Part shown: positions 13,860 through 32,500 of the stretch, in pieces
Numbering within the stretch: position 1 is the first letter of the stretch
Layout: each line of letters opens with the position of its first letter
Origin: Tubiluchus corallicola
Taxonomy: Eukaryota; Animalia; Priapulida
Length of the DNA: 64,000 nucleotides
Direction of reading: 5' to 3'
Assembly: GCA_030141605.1 (NCBI GenBank)
Contig: JAQGDQ010000009.1
Coordinates: 682,001-746,000, forward strand
Translations under genes and position numbers: made by a program
The notes under the pieces: generated by a model
The model's input: only the letters and a program-made list of their open reading frames with translations
What the model was told of the DNA's origin: nothing
The model's database searches: none

Positions 13860-14380
13860 TTTCTTCTATGTTCGCGTGATACATCGTAGTCTTTTGAGCT
13901 TCGTTTTCAAATTCAGGCTGATAATCATATTTACAGTATGCCAACATAATTTTGTTGTAGTGCTTACACGTTGCGCCTTTCTAAAGTAAAAATTCCGCAA
14001 AACAAAGCGATCCGAGCAATCACATTTTCAGGATACAGGGAACATACAGGCCTATTTTCAAATCTTTTCACCCACTGTACCTATTCGATACTAACCTTTT
14101 CAGACTGCTGAATTCATGTAGGCCTACAAATTCCATAATAAACTATTGCCCCCCTCATTCCAGAAATATCTTACACTTAACTCTGAAATATACAGTCAAT
14201 TAATACTCGGGCTAAGTCAAATGATTACTTTATAAAATGCAACACTAACTGAAGAAAATTTTTAATAAAATATCATTGACCACTAATAATAATATGGAAT
14301 AATATAGCAACTGAAATAGGAAATTAATCTACATTAAAGTCTAGATTTAAAAAGTACATTTTTGAAACATATACATAACT
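13860..14380 (+). mobile_element. Decayed CR1/L2-like LINE 3' fragment
   Basis: LKVKIPQNKAIRAITFSGYREHT from 13981, resembling the QNKIVKLITF of the element at 9963; frameshifts and stops follow. Confidence 0.6.
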
Positions 14381-14869
14381 GAAATTTCTTGAAACATTTA
14401 CTGGTCCATGTTTTAAACTGAATTTCGAATTCAAAGATATGCTTCCGATACCATTTTACATATTATATATGGCAAGTCTTGAATGGGATCACATTCACCT
14501 GATTTATTACACAGCACAGGTCTATTTCAGAATTTCTATCACAAATAAACATTAACTGCTGTTAGTAAAAACATGTTAACTCAAATAAATTGAAATTGAA
14601 ATAAACCACTGGCGTAGTAGTGTCTAGTCTTTTGCTAGATTATTGCTGTGGTTACTTGCCTTGTGGGCAGCTTTCTTTTGTCACAGAATTCTGTCTGCTA
14701 AATGTCTACAATGTGCCTATGATGATGATGGTGCATTAAACATAAACAGCTTGGTTTTTTATAGTAGTCATAACAAAATGCTGCAGAACTACAATAACGT
14801 ACCTATCAAATGTAAACAGAAAAGCCCATTTTCATTCATTTGTTGATACAATTCAGAATCCTGAAAGAT

Positions 14870-15450
14870 GGAATTGGCTTCCAATGCATGCAGGTTTTAC
14901 TCAAACTGAATGGCCGTGGCAAGACTGGGATAGACGTGACAAATTGTCAAGGCTATGCCTCTGAGATGAGTCACTGAACTGAGTAGAAAAATCCATTGAT
15001 TGTTCAAACTTCTTATCCTTATTCACAGCTGTTTACATATGTAAAAAGTTGAATCGTTTCACCACCATAAGTTGTGCCATTACTCAGCATTAGGGCGTTC
15101 TGCTCCCATTGAGCTTTAATAGGATCTATGAACGTCGCCGTTTTGTTACCAGTGTGTCGTAACATTTTTTTAATTAATATATGCTTGGAGCCTCAGCAAC
15201 ATTGCTGATCATGTCTGATGGATCTGATCATAGCTTACAAAACTTCAGAATTGGAATCATTACTTTACTAAGGAACTTAAGGTTGTGCCTCATTAGGGTT
15301 AATCTGCATTCTAAGCTATGTTAGGCCAGAAATCAAGATTGTTTTCTACGGTGACCCCAAGATCTGTTTTTTCTCGACCTTTTTAATATATGCCGTGTTG
15401 TAACACCACTAGTGTACACTTTCAGATTTTTCAGTGTAACCTGGATAGGG
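14870..15450 (-). mobile_element. Decayed CR1-like LINE fragment
   Basis: Minus strand gives DLGVTVENNLDF (EKDLGV motif), then GETIQLF and an RGHSL-like remnant with stops. Confidence 0.55.
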
Positions 15451-16900
15451 AATCCGGTCTAAGACTTGAAAAGTCGAAATACAAAGCATTCAATTAGTTG
15501 GATATGTCCGATTTTCGTTGATATTTTCTAAGCATCTGATACTACTTGGGACATTCAAGCTTGTTACTAGACATTCCCATGATCTTGGACGCTGATAACT
15601 TTGGTTGCCACAGCCCCGTGTCAATGCTTGACCTAGGATGATACCAACTTTATGTTCAGGATTTTGGATAATGAGTGCAACACATAGCAAACATCAGTCT
15701 TATTAAGTTGGATACTGTTTCTCTCATTATTTTCTCATTTCTCGCATAAAACTGCTTGAATTGATGTTTGCAAAATGTCACTATTTTTATAGAATTTAAA
15801 AATTGCGTAGCGCAATTAGTTTTATGTCGAGTTGCAGATCATTTTAAGTTCAACTAAAAGCAATTAAGAGATGTTCAGTTTAGAAAAATGATGGATGATA
15901 TTGACGATGTTTTGAATTTTTTGCAAGTTACTTAGATTGCTAGATCCCTTCTGTTCTAAAAATTTTTTTCAAGTGCCTTGTGGTAACCAAATTGCAAAAA
16001 CAAACATCCAGTGGCAAGATTAAAAAAAATTCGATCGGTGGTTGGTTGGAATCGAATGTAGTCGTTGGAGACTGAAATTGATGATTGGCTACATTTCAAA
16101 AGAGGCTTTGAGCTCCACCCAACTCCTGACAAGGTATCATAGGTATCTCTGCTCCCAAATACTTCTGTACCGTGCATAGTATTATGAATGGAGTATATCA
16201 CCGAATGCCTGTAAATGTATTAAAATTTTGCATAATTTTCGAGTTTAAAGCCGTAAAAATCAAAATCTGTGATGAAACTCTCATTGTTCTGTAAATTTCA
16301 CTAAGTCCCTGATTTTCATTAATAAATAAATGACATACAAAATGGTTTGTTTTTTGTTATGTGACACCTGCGTATTTGTATTCTAACCAGTTTATTTACA
16401 CAGTTTAATAATATATTCGATACTATGACGTTAGGTCTCAAGTCATTGCCCAATTCAATCCAATTCCAATTTTAAAACGCCACAAGTCAACCTTATTAAA
16501 CAATTTAAACAAACCATGTGATAAATCTGGATCTTTTTAATATAAGCAGACCATGTGATGCCAAGTATTTTTTATCTTTCCAATTCATTCATTCTTTAAT
16601 TGTTAAATTGTGTTTAAATTGTTTGACATCTGTAACTATATACTTAAGTATAAATATGTATGACGGATGGACTCGTGCATAATAGTTCAGCTTTTCTTTA
16701 TTAAATTGAATTCTGCATTTGAAAAAGAAACAAATATTTTGAAGCCAGTTTCGTTTTTTTGGGGGGTTAGAGGTTTTGTACTATGATTTAATGATTTAAA
16801 TTCTTCAATTTCTATATCCATTGTTTTGGCAGAATAGTTACTAATGTAATTTTAAAACTTTGTTTGTTGATCTGTTTTAAAAGCCTGTTACAACACTGAA

Positions 16901-16920
16901 GAGGAAGTCCAAAATGGAGT
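16901..16920 (+). promoter_or_regulatory. Possible ETS (GGAAGT) plus YY1-like (CAAAATGG) motif pair upstream of METTL4
   Basis: gaggaagtccaaaatggagt ~330 bp before the METTL4 ATG; motif match only. Confidence 0.3.
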
Positions 16921-17237
16921 CAGTTTATCTATTTACTTGTTCAAGTGTAGAATTTAATTTATTAAGGAAAACCTGAACTATCAGCGATGAACCTGTCAAT
17001 CATTTTTTTCAAGATTGTTTATTTCACATCAACACAAATACAAAACTAATGCATTAAAAGAAATAAAAAGTTTTCATTAATTCACTGGTTGACAAATAGT
17101 ACGATACATAATAAGAAGCAAATTTTGAAAAAAATTATTAGCTATCCACTTAAATAATTTGTGTTGCAGGGTATTTTCAAGTAATAGGCAATAGTCATAT
17201 TTATACTTACAGTAAAATTGTTTATTTTGCAGTAGGC

Positions 17238-21817
<4,580 letters not shown>

Positions 21818-23435
21818 TTTTTGACATTCTACATGTTAACCAAGCTGCAAAATAATAATTGTCCAGGTTCTTTCTTGTGCAGGTTAGTTTCTCCAATACA
21901 TTATTAATTAGTTAGAAACCTTGACTGGTAAATTCACATTAATGTCATCCAACAGACTGTATCCATAACAAATTTTTCTAATAATATTCTTTCACTATGG
22001 AATTTTTAGCGTGTGGTAATTTTTTCGCTTGGTAAGATAGCTAATTTTTGTGATCACGACTGCATTTTGTGCAATAAAAACAAATTATCTTGTCCCATGA
22101 CCTAATTTAGTTAAATTTACTCACTATAGGTGCTAAAGTTTCAACATATGGACCATTTCATAAAGTCATCATCTTCAATGTCAGCATCAACAACAAGTGT
22201 CGATTGTGGTCACTGCACAAAAACTACTGCCAGTTAGCAACTTTCATTATCAGATTTATTTACTGTTAAATATTTTATAATTTAATTATACAAATTCTGT
22301 CTTTAATAAGTGTACACAAAATGTTTTATATATCATTACTAATAACTGTTATTATTATCACCTATACATATATAAATAATTAGTTGTATAGTATGTATAT
22401 ATATATATATAATATATAACATAAATAATTTGCAATGTTATGTATATTACTTTTTAAGCATTCATAATTACATGATCATACCATGCAAACAATTGATTCT
22501 AGATTTCTATTTATGTCATTGAAAATGTAATTTTAATCATCATCACTTGATAATTTTGACATTTAGACCAAACAGAAAATTGTGGTTAGGGTAACTTGAA
22601 ATTTAAAAAGTCTGAACAGTTTACTGGACAGGTATTCGCAACTGCAATTTTATAACTCAATTTGTTGCCTCTATGGCTAAAATTCCTGAAAATTTGCTGC
22701 TAAAATTAGTGCACATATTTCCCAGGTGTTTGGATTGAAGTACTTACTTGGTACTTTTATTCAGCTTTGCTTTTATAACAAGTACTTGATTTTAAGTGCT
22801 TCCCAGTACAAAGGCTCAAACATTATTCTTAATTCCATGTAATTAATTTAAACATAATTTTATAGCTATATTTGTTGCTATGTGCACAAAATTCAAATAT
22901 AAAAGCATAACCCCACAAGTTTTTTTATCAGGTAATGAGACGGTATTGTAACTACTGTTGTTAGTTTTCTCTAAAAACTTCTATTTATCCCACATGACAC
23001 TGTGCGACTCTTCACATTGAGTTTAAACTGAACATTGAAATTTGTGAATTTCATGAATTTTATGGGCTTTCTGCAGCTCACATTCTAATGCAAACGGAAA
23101 TTTTTTCAGCAATTTGTAAGTATTATTATAACTATATTTTGGTTCCTAAAACAATGCACTACTAGGGTACCTTATACCAGATTAAATTCTGTTGTCGGTT
23201 ACCCGTTTCGGAGTAATAAAAATATAAGAATGAGAGAGTACAGCAAAAGTTGAGAGCTCTAGTTACCCCAAACACAGATTTTTTTGTTTAGACTTAGTAA
23301 TGGATTTGATTAGTTAAGACATTTTTTCTCCTTATATTGTGAGTAATGGTTATAACTGTACAAACTATAAATTAACATTAAAAATATTTATAATATTGTT
23401 AACAACTTAACAAGTACACAAAACAAAATCACAAA

Positions 23436-23571
23436 TCACACAATGCTTTCTTTCTCATAACCCAGATCGCTGAAGAGTTCTGTGTAGAATTCTGGGCCTC
23501 CAAGCTTCTTTTGATATCGGGTGCATATTTCCTGGATCTTTAACCTTCTCTTCACATGCGGAGGCTGATAC
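23436..23571 (-). CDS. RALGAPB: RALGAPB last coding exon (missing from the ORF track)
   Basis: ttaattcag| then [44 protein letters not shown]. Confidence 0.88.
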
Positions 23572-26500
23572 CTGAATTAAAAAATTACTAAACATCAGTT
23601 GCACTGCATGCAAGCATCTGTTATGTTGTTACTGTTTTTCCTGGACAGTCTCGTGTGTTTAAGTTCTGTTAAAGTTTCTCTGTATGTATACGTTCTAAGG
23701 TCATTTAATTCTGCCAAACAACTTGTACTAGACTCGAACTATCATGAAACGTTTTGACCTAGAGTGTATTTACGTAGATTTGTAATCACTTCCTGGCTCT
23801 ACCCATGCATAATAGCTGATATGAAAAAAATGTGAAGGTAGAGAAGAGAGAAAAGACGCAGAGTAAAAACAAGTTGCGTTGCTTCGTATAGTATAGTATA
23901 GTATAGTATAGTATAGTATAGTATAGTATAGTATAGTATAGTATAGTATAGTATAGTATAGTATAGTATAGTATAGTATAGTATAATATAGTATAGTGAA
24001 GTTTTAGTATAAAGTGAACTGTGACGTTGTTGCTGTAACTTGGTTGAGCTAGTGAACAAATTATTCTCTCTTCCAAAGTGTTCATCAAAATAAGCGAAAC
24101 CCATTCTTTGTCGAGACTGAGATTCTAAAGTCGTTTCTGTGTGTGTCTGCGCTTTATGATCCATGCAAAAGCTCTACAATACACCACGCAGCAACACACC
24201 AACTAATTTCTATAACTACTTCGCCGAAAGATTGATTTTTTGGTAATAAGTACTTACACGTCGCTGTCCAATCGTCGCCTGCGATGCATATTTACCACAC
24301 ACTGTCTGACCAACGTCCCTAATGACCGTCGACTTACCACAATGCCGTCTACCAGTGGAATTGCCAAGGAGATTCTAAAAATAGACATTAGTGCCAGTAA
24401 AGCCTACTGAAGTATAAACTATATACTATATGCAAACAAAAATGTCACTTATTTATGTACTACTATTTGTGCATGCATTAAGCTAAATACACACAGCAAA
24501 TTATTCAGTGCTGATTATCAAGAAATAAATTACAAAGCATCATGAAAACATTTTAACATCACAAGAAAAGAACTGTCATTGCTAATTAGATCATGCATTT
24601 GGCATCTCTTGTAAACAACATTAGCTAGGCAAACAACCAAGTTTAGCCTATTAATGTAAATAAATCTCTGCAGAGCTCACTCACAGTTAGCTAGAATAAT
24701 GTGAAAAGATGGCAGACGGATTGGCTGAAATGAATGCAACGACTAGCTTCACCAGCGAACTCGGTGTAAACATTTTCTCCTTGACTTTAGGCATTGCCAT
24801 CATTATAGCTAATAGCATCGTTATCATAGTGATTGCCAGGGCACCAAGCTTACACAAGCCATTGTATTATGCACTGGGTAACTTGTCAGTAGCTGATCTG
24901 TTCTCAGGAATCTGTCTCACTTTACAAACGATTATCTTCAGTGTTGTTAATCCGAAGAAGAAAAACCTGACAATGTGCGTGTTTCTGTATGTCATACCAA
25001 ATGCTTGTGTGGGTAATTCAGCCATATGTTACTACCTGGCTACAGCTGAACGATACATTAGTATCATATATCCACTTCGCTATCACGTTTGGCTGTCCGA
25101 TCGCCGTGTAAGAAACATTCTCATTTTTGCATGGATTTATCAAACTGTCACAATCGGTGCTTTGTTAATTTTGTACATCTTTGACAGGAAAATCCTATAC
25201 AAGTGTGTACCACACCCTCGTGGATTATATTCAAAGTACGTGTTTTGCCTTTTAGTGGTATCATTACCAGGGATATTAATTTCATTTTCCTACGCCTACA
25301 TCACTATCCTAAAAACTGCATTGAAGCAAGTCCGGGAAATAGAAAATTCCACACATACGGCAGCCGACAGCACTGTGACTAGAGCGACATCACTGCAAGC
25401 AAAACTTAAACCTGTGAAGACTGTCGCTACCATAGTAGCGTTGTTTTTCGTGTGCTACACACCAACTGTGGTCGCGTTTTTTATGTTGTATGTTCACGGT
25501 GAAACAAAGATGGTTAATGCAAACAACTATTACTGGTATCTTCTACCAGTATACTGCAATTCACTAGCTAATGTGTTCGTGTACGTAGCAAAAATGGAGG
25601 AGTTTAGAAATGAAATGAAGAAGATGATCCCTTTCTGTTGATGGGACACATCAGCAATTTAAAAACTGGGATCAAGATTGCTGAATGCATTGTTAAAAAC
25701 AAATGGAATGATCTGTAGTGTGCGGTTACTACTCTTTTCTAACAATGAAAAGTAACAATATAAATACAATTGTCAAGCGGTTGCCATGTGTTCCTAACAA
25801 CAGAGATCAAGGAGGATCAAGCAAGGGTTAAGATCAGGGTGGATAAACATTCACTGATAGAGAATGCCTTCCCCTGCAAGTACATAATGCAAAGATATCC
25901 TCTTGTATTGCAGATTTTACTAAAATTTACGTCACAAAGTAAGAGAGAGGTAAAAATTGCATCAAGTTAGTAAATCAATTTTTTGCATTTTTCAAAAGAC
26001 AGAGGAATGGCTGATTAAACCTAACTTGTTTTACATCATGTGTACCTGTTTTTTCAAGATTATTCAAAACATAAATTATATCACATTTAATCCACTGGGC
26101 TTTCACAGTGTGTGTGTTACAATATTGATATGCAAACAAAAAAGTCACTTATTTATGTAGTACTGTTTGTGCATGCATTAAGCTAAATACACACAGAAAT
26201 AAATTACAAAGCGTCATGAAAACATTATAACATCACTAGAAAGCAAACAATTATTGCTGAATGGATGATGCACTTTTGACATCCCATTTGTCCTAGACAG
26301 TTTGCGAGCAACATTAGCTAGGCACACAACCAAGTTTATAGACAAAATTATGAATTAATGCAGTTGAATCTTTGCAGAGCTCCCTCATAATTTGGTAGAA
26401 TAACGTGAAGAGATGGCAGACAGAATACCTGAACTGAACGCAACTTTTAGCTTCACCAATGATGTAGTTCGTACTAATTTGGAACTCGGTGTGAACATTT

Positions 26501-29500
26501 TGTCATTGATTTTAGGCATTGCCATCATTATAGCTAATAGCATTGTTATCATAGTGATTGCTCGGGCACCAAGCTTACACAAACCATTGTATTATGCACT
26601 GGGTAACTTGTCAGTAGCTGATCTGGTCTCAGGAATTTGTCTCACTTTACAAACGATTGCCTTCAGTGTTGTTGATCCGAAGAAGAAAAACCTGACAATG
26701 TGCGTGTTTCTGTATGTCATACCAAATGCATGTGTGAGTAATTCAGCCATGTGTTACTTCCTGGCTACAGCTGAACGATACATTAGTATTGTATATCCAC
26801 TTCGCTATCACGTTTGGCTGTCCGATCGCCGTATAAGAAACATTCTCATTTTTGTATGGATTGATCAAAGTGTCACAATCGGTGCTTTGTTAATTTTGTA
26901 CATCGTTGACAGGAAAATACTATACAAGTGTGTACCACATCCTCATGGATTATATGCAAAGTATGTGTTTTACTGCTCGGTGACTGTATTTCCAGCGCTA
27001 TTAATTTCATTTTTCTATGCCTACATCACTATCTTAAAAACTGCATTGAAGCAAGTCCGGGAAATAGAAAATTCCACATATGCGGCATCCGACAGCACTG
27101 TGACTGGAGCGACATCACTGCAAGCAAAACTTAAACCTGTGAAGACTGTCGCCACCATAGTAGCGTTGTTTTTCATGTGCTACACACCAGTTACGGTCAC
27201 CATTTTCATGTTGTATGTTCACGGTGAAACAAAGATGGTTAATGCAAACAACTATTACTGGTTTCTTCTACCAGTACACTGCAATTCACTGGCTAATGTG
27301 TTCGTGTATGTAGCAAAAATGGAGGAGTTTAGAAATGAAATGAAGAAGGCGATTCCTTTCTATAAATAAAATGCATGCTTTATCTTATCACTGAGAAAAA
27401 GATTAATAACATTTGGTTTCTAATAATCAATGATATCAATATAGTAGCCAAGTGGACTGATGCAGGCTTAGCGGCTAAGGTCAAGCAAAGGTCAAGGTCA
27501 CGGTGGATTGGACGATTTCACATTCTGGGACGTGTAGATGATGACATAGGTCTACATGTCGACACCACAGCTCATTTTTCAAAACACGCACAAATTTCAT
27601 GTCCAAAATGCCAAAGACGAGTTCATCAGAGAAACCAATTCATCAGCAACGGGAAACCCAAATGAGTATGCACGACACGACTCAACTTCTACCTACATTA
27701 GTTGTTATAACTTTTACACAAGTTGTGAACTACTCTACATTACTCCAACAATTAGAATAAAATAGAATATTACTTTGGTTCCTATTATTTTGTTTATAGA
27801 TTGTGTTCACAATATCTTAGAAGTTTTACGTCAAAACATAATGTGCAGATGACACTACAGACCATCAGGGTCACTTTAATGTCCATTTTGCAAAATAAGA
27901 CTGAGATGAACACATACACAACATCTAATGCAAAATTTAATTATAACAGGAATTCGTGATATTTTCTCCCACAAACCTTACAACTAAACTTATTAAAATC
28001 AAAACATGTGTAATACAGAAAAATTGTGATGAAAATAATGAACTAAGTATGAAATTCCTAGATTGAAAGTAGAGAACACTTTGTCACGGGAAGAACAACT
28101 TAATAACACACATTCAAAAATAGTAATTAGCACTTCATTTATTTTACAAGTAATATGCAAAAGTACTAATACAGAAATACTTCATGTTTTACATGACTGC
28201 ACACCCCCTACCCTAAACAAAAGAAAAATAATTTTGTAAAAATTAACATGCCCACAACTTAAATTAGTCTAAGTGTGTGTTTCATTGATATCTTTATCGA
28301 TTTAATATCAAACAGTTCTACTGCGTGTTGTAATATTCATATGCAAACAAAAATGTCACTTATTTATGTACTACTATTTGTGCATGCATTAAGCTAAATA
28401 CACACAGCAAATTATTCAGTGCTGATTATCAAGAAATAAATTACAAAGTATCATGAAAACATTTTAACATCACAAGAAAAGAACTGTCATTGCTAATTAG
28501 ATCATGCATTTGGCATCTCTTGTAAACAACATTAGCTAGGCAAACAACCAAGTTTAGCCTATTAATGCAAATAAATCTCTGCAGAGCTCACTCACAGATA
28601 GTTAGAATTATGTGAAAGATGGCAGACGGATTGGCTGAAATGAATGCAACGACTAGCTTCACCAGCGAACTCGGTGTAAACATTTTCTCCTTGACTTTAG
28701 GCATTGCCATCATTATAGCTAATAGCATCGTTATCATAGTGATTGCCAGGGCACCAAGCTTACACAAGCCATTGTATTATGCACTGGCTAACTTGTCAGT
28801 AGCTGATCTACTCTCAGGAATCTGTCTCACTTTTCAAACGATTATCTTCAGTGTTGTTGATCCGAAGAAAAACCTGACAATGTGCGTGTTTCTGTATGTC
28901 ATACCAAACGCTTGTGTGAGTAATTCAGCCGTGTGTTACTGCCTGGCTACAGCTGAACGATACATTAGTATCATATATCCACTTCGCTATCACGTTTGGC
29001 TGTCCGATCGCCGTGCAAGAAACATTCTCATTTTTGCATGGATTTATCAAACTGTCACATTCAGTGCTTTTTTAATTTTATACATCGTTGACAGGAAAAT
29101 CCTATACAAGTGTGTACCACATCCTCATGGATTATATTCAAAGTTTGGGTTTTACAGCTCGGTGACTGTACTTCCAGGGATATTAATTTCATTTTCCTAT
29201 GCCTACATCACTATCTTAAAAACTGCATTGAAGCAAGTCCGGGAAATAGAAAATTCCACACATGCGGCAGTCGACAGCACTGTGACTACAGCGACATCAC
29301 TCCAAGCAAAACTTAAACCTGTGAAAACTGTCGCCACCATAGTAGCATTGTTTTTCGTGTGCTACACACCAATTATGGTCGCGATTTTTACATTGCATGT
29401 TCACGGTGAAACAAAGATGGTTAATGCAAGCAACTATTACTGGTATCTTCTACCAGTATACTGCAATTCACTGGCTAATGTGTTCGTGTACGTAGCAAAA

Positions 29501-32500
29501 ATGGAGGAGTTTAGAAATGAAATGAAGAAGATGATCCCTTTCTGTTGATGGGACACATCAGCAATTTAAAAACTGGGATCAAGATTGCTGAATGCGTTGT
29601 TAAAAACAAATGGAATGATCTGTAGCGTGCGGTTACTGCTCCTTTCTAACATGGAAAGTTAACAATATAAATACAATTGTCAAGTGGTTGCCACGTGTTC
29701 CTAACAACCGAGATCAAGGAAGATCAAGCAAGGGTTAAGATCAGGGTGGATAAACATTCACTGATAGAGAATACCTTCCCCTGCAAGTACATAATGCAAA
29801 GATACGCTCTTGTATTGCAGATTTTACTAAAATTTACACCACAAAGTAAGAGAGAGGTGAAAATTGCATCAAGTTTGTAAATCAATCTTTGTATTTTTCA
29901 AAAGACAGAGGAACGGCTGATTAAACTTAACTTGTTTTACCTCATGTACCTGTTTTTTCAAGATTATACAAAACGTAAATGATATCACATTTAATCCACT
30001 TGGCTTTCACAGTGTGTGGGCTACTGCGTGTTACAATATTTGTATGCAAACAAAAAAGTCACTTATTAATGTACTACTGTTTGTGCATGCATTAAGCTAA
30101 ATACGCACAGAAATAAATTACCAAGCATCATGGAAACATTATAACAGCACTAGAAAACAAACATCATTGCTGAATGGATGATGCACTTTAGACAACCTCT
30201 TTGTCCCTGACAGCTTGCAAGCAACATTAGCAACAATTTCTCCAACAGTTAGCATAAAATAGAATATTACTTTGGTTCCTATTATTTTGTTTATAAATTG
30301 CGTTCACAATGTCTCAGAAGTTTTACAACATCAAGACAAAAAAAGTGCAGATGACACTACAGATCATTAGGCTCACTTCAATGTCCATTTTGCAAAATAA
30401 GACTTAGCTGAACACATACACAACATCTAAAGCAAAATTAAATTATAACCCACTGAAATTAACAATAGTAAACAGGAATTCGCGATATTTTCTCCCACAA
30501 ACCTTACAACTAAACTTATTAAAATCAAAACATGTGTAATACAGAAAAATTGTGATGAAAATAACGAACTAAGCATGAAATTCCTAGATTGGAAGTAGGC
30601 AACACTTTGTCATGGGAAGAACAGTTTAATAAAACCCTTTCAAAAATAGTAATTAGCACTTAATTTATTTTACAAGTAATATGCAAAAATACGAATACAG
30701 AAGTACTTCATGTTTTACATGACTGCACACCCCCTAACCAAAAATAATAATTACGTAAAAATTAACATGCCCATAACTTAAATTATACCGCATTTCATCC
30801 TCTTGTCCTTTTTCACAGTGTGTGTTTTATTTACTGATTTAATATTGAACAATTCTACTGCGTCCAACAATATTGATATGCAAATAAAAATGTCACTTAT
30901 TTATGTACTACTGTTTGTGCATGCATTAAGCTAAATACACACAGAAATAAATTACAAAGCGTCATGAAAACATTATAACAGCACTAGAAAGCAAACAATT
31001 ATTGCTGAATGGATGATGCACTTTTGACATCCCATTTGTCTCTGACAGCTTGCAAGCAACATTAGCTAGGCACACAACCAAGTTTATAGACAAAATTATG
31101 AATTAATGCAGTTGAATCTTTGCAGAGCTCCCTCAACAATTTGCTAGAATAACGTGAAGAGATGGCAGACAGAAAACCTGAACTGAACGCAACTTTTAGC
31201 TTCACCAATGATGTAGTTCGTACTAATTTGGAACTCGGTGTGAACATTTTGTCATTGATTTTAGGCATTGCCATCATTATAGCTAATAGCGTCGTTATCA
31301 TAGTGATTGCTCGGGCACCAAGCTTACACAAACCATTGTATTATGCGCTGGGTAACTTGTCAGTAGCTGATCTGGTCTCAGGAATTTGTCTCACTTTACA
31401 AACGATTATCTTCAGTGTTGTTGATCCGAAGAAGAAAAACCTGACAATGTGCGTGTTTCTGTATGTCATACCAAATGCATGTGTGAGTAATTCAGCCATG
31501 TGTTACTTCCTGGCTACAGCTGAACGATACATTAGTATCATATATCCACTTCGCTATCACGTTTGGCTGTCCGATCGCCGTATAAGAAGCATTCTCATTT
31601 TTGTATGGATTGATCAAAGTGTCACAATCGGTGCTTTGTTAATTTTGTACATCGTTGACAGGAAAATACTATACAAGTGTGTATCACATCCTCATGGATT
31701 ATATGCAAAGTATGTGTTTTACTGCTCGGTGACTGTATTTCCAGGGATATTAATTTCATTTTTCTATGCCTACATCACTATCTTAAAAACTGCATTGAAG
31801 CAAGTCCGGGAAATAGAAAATTCCACATATGCGGCATCCGACAGCACTGTGACTAGAGCGACATCACTCCAAGCAAAACTTAAACCTGTGAAGACTGTCG
31901 CCACCATAGTAGCATTGTTTTTCGTGTGCTACACACCAATTATAGTCGCGATTTTTACATTGTATGTTCACGGTGAAACAAAGAACAATTCTACTGTGTG
32001 CTACAATATTGATATGCAAATAAAAATGTCACTTATTTATGTACTACTGTTTGTGCATGCATTAAGCTAAATACACAGAAATAAATTACAAAGCGTCATG
32101 AAAACATTATAACAGCACTAGAACAAATGTTCATTGCTGAATGGATGATGCACTTTTGACACCCCCTTTGTCCCAGACAGCTTGCGAGCAACATTAGCTA
32201 GGCACACACCCAAGTTAATAGACACAATTATGAACTAATGCAGTTGAATCATTGTAAAGCTCCCTCATAGTTTGCTAGAATAACGCGAAGAGATGGCAGA
32301 CAGAATACCTGTACTGAATGCATTTGTATGCTGTCATATGCCAAATCCAGATAACCTACAGTTTGCTATGTTAACAAAACCTCTATCTTTTTACTTTCTT
32401 GCTCTATAGGAAATTCAATTATTGAAATGCTAAACACAAAATACGTAAGCTTATGATTCACGTAACAAGGTTTTGAGGCTTTATGCATACTATATTTAAA

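Noticed and set aside
23786-24164. ORFs with TILYY repeats
   Set aside because: Translations of the (TAGTA)n microsatellite in the last RALGAPB intron.
25770-29880. Duplicated small ORFs (MSSGCHV..., MCTTSSW..., MCKLGAR...)
   Set aside because: They recur only because the GPCR units are duplicated; they are alternate-frame, antisense or 3' flank readings with non-ATG starts.
24428-32321. Regularly recurring repeats as a CRISPR array or prokaryotic system
   Set aside because: Repeats are kb-scale gene duplications in spliced eukaryotic DNA; no short repeat-spacer pattern or cas genes.
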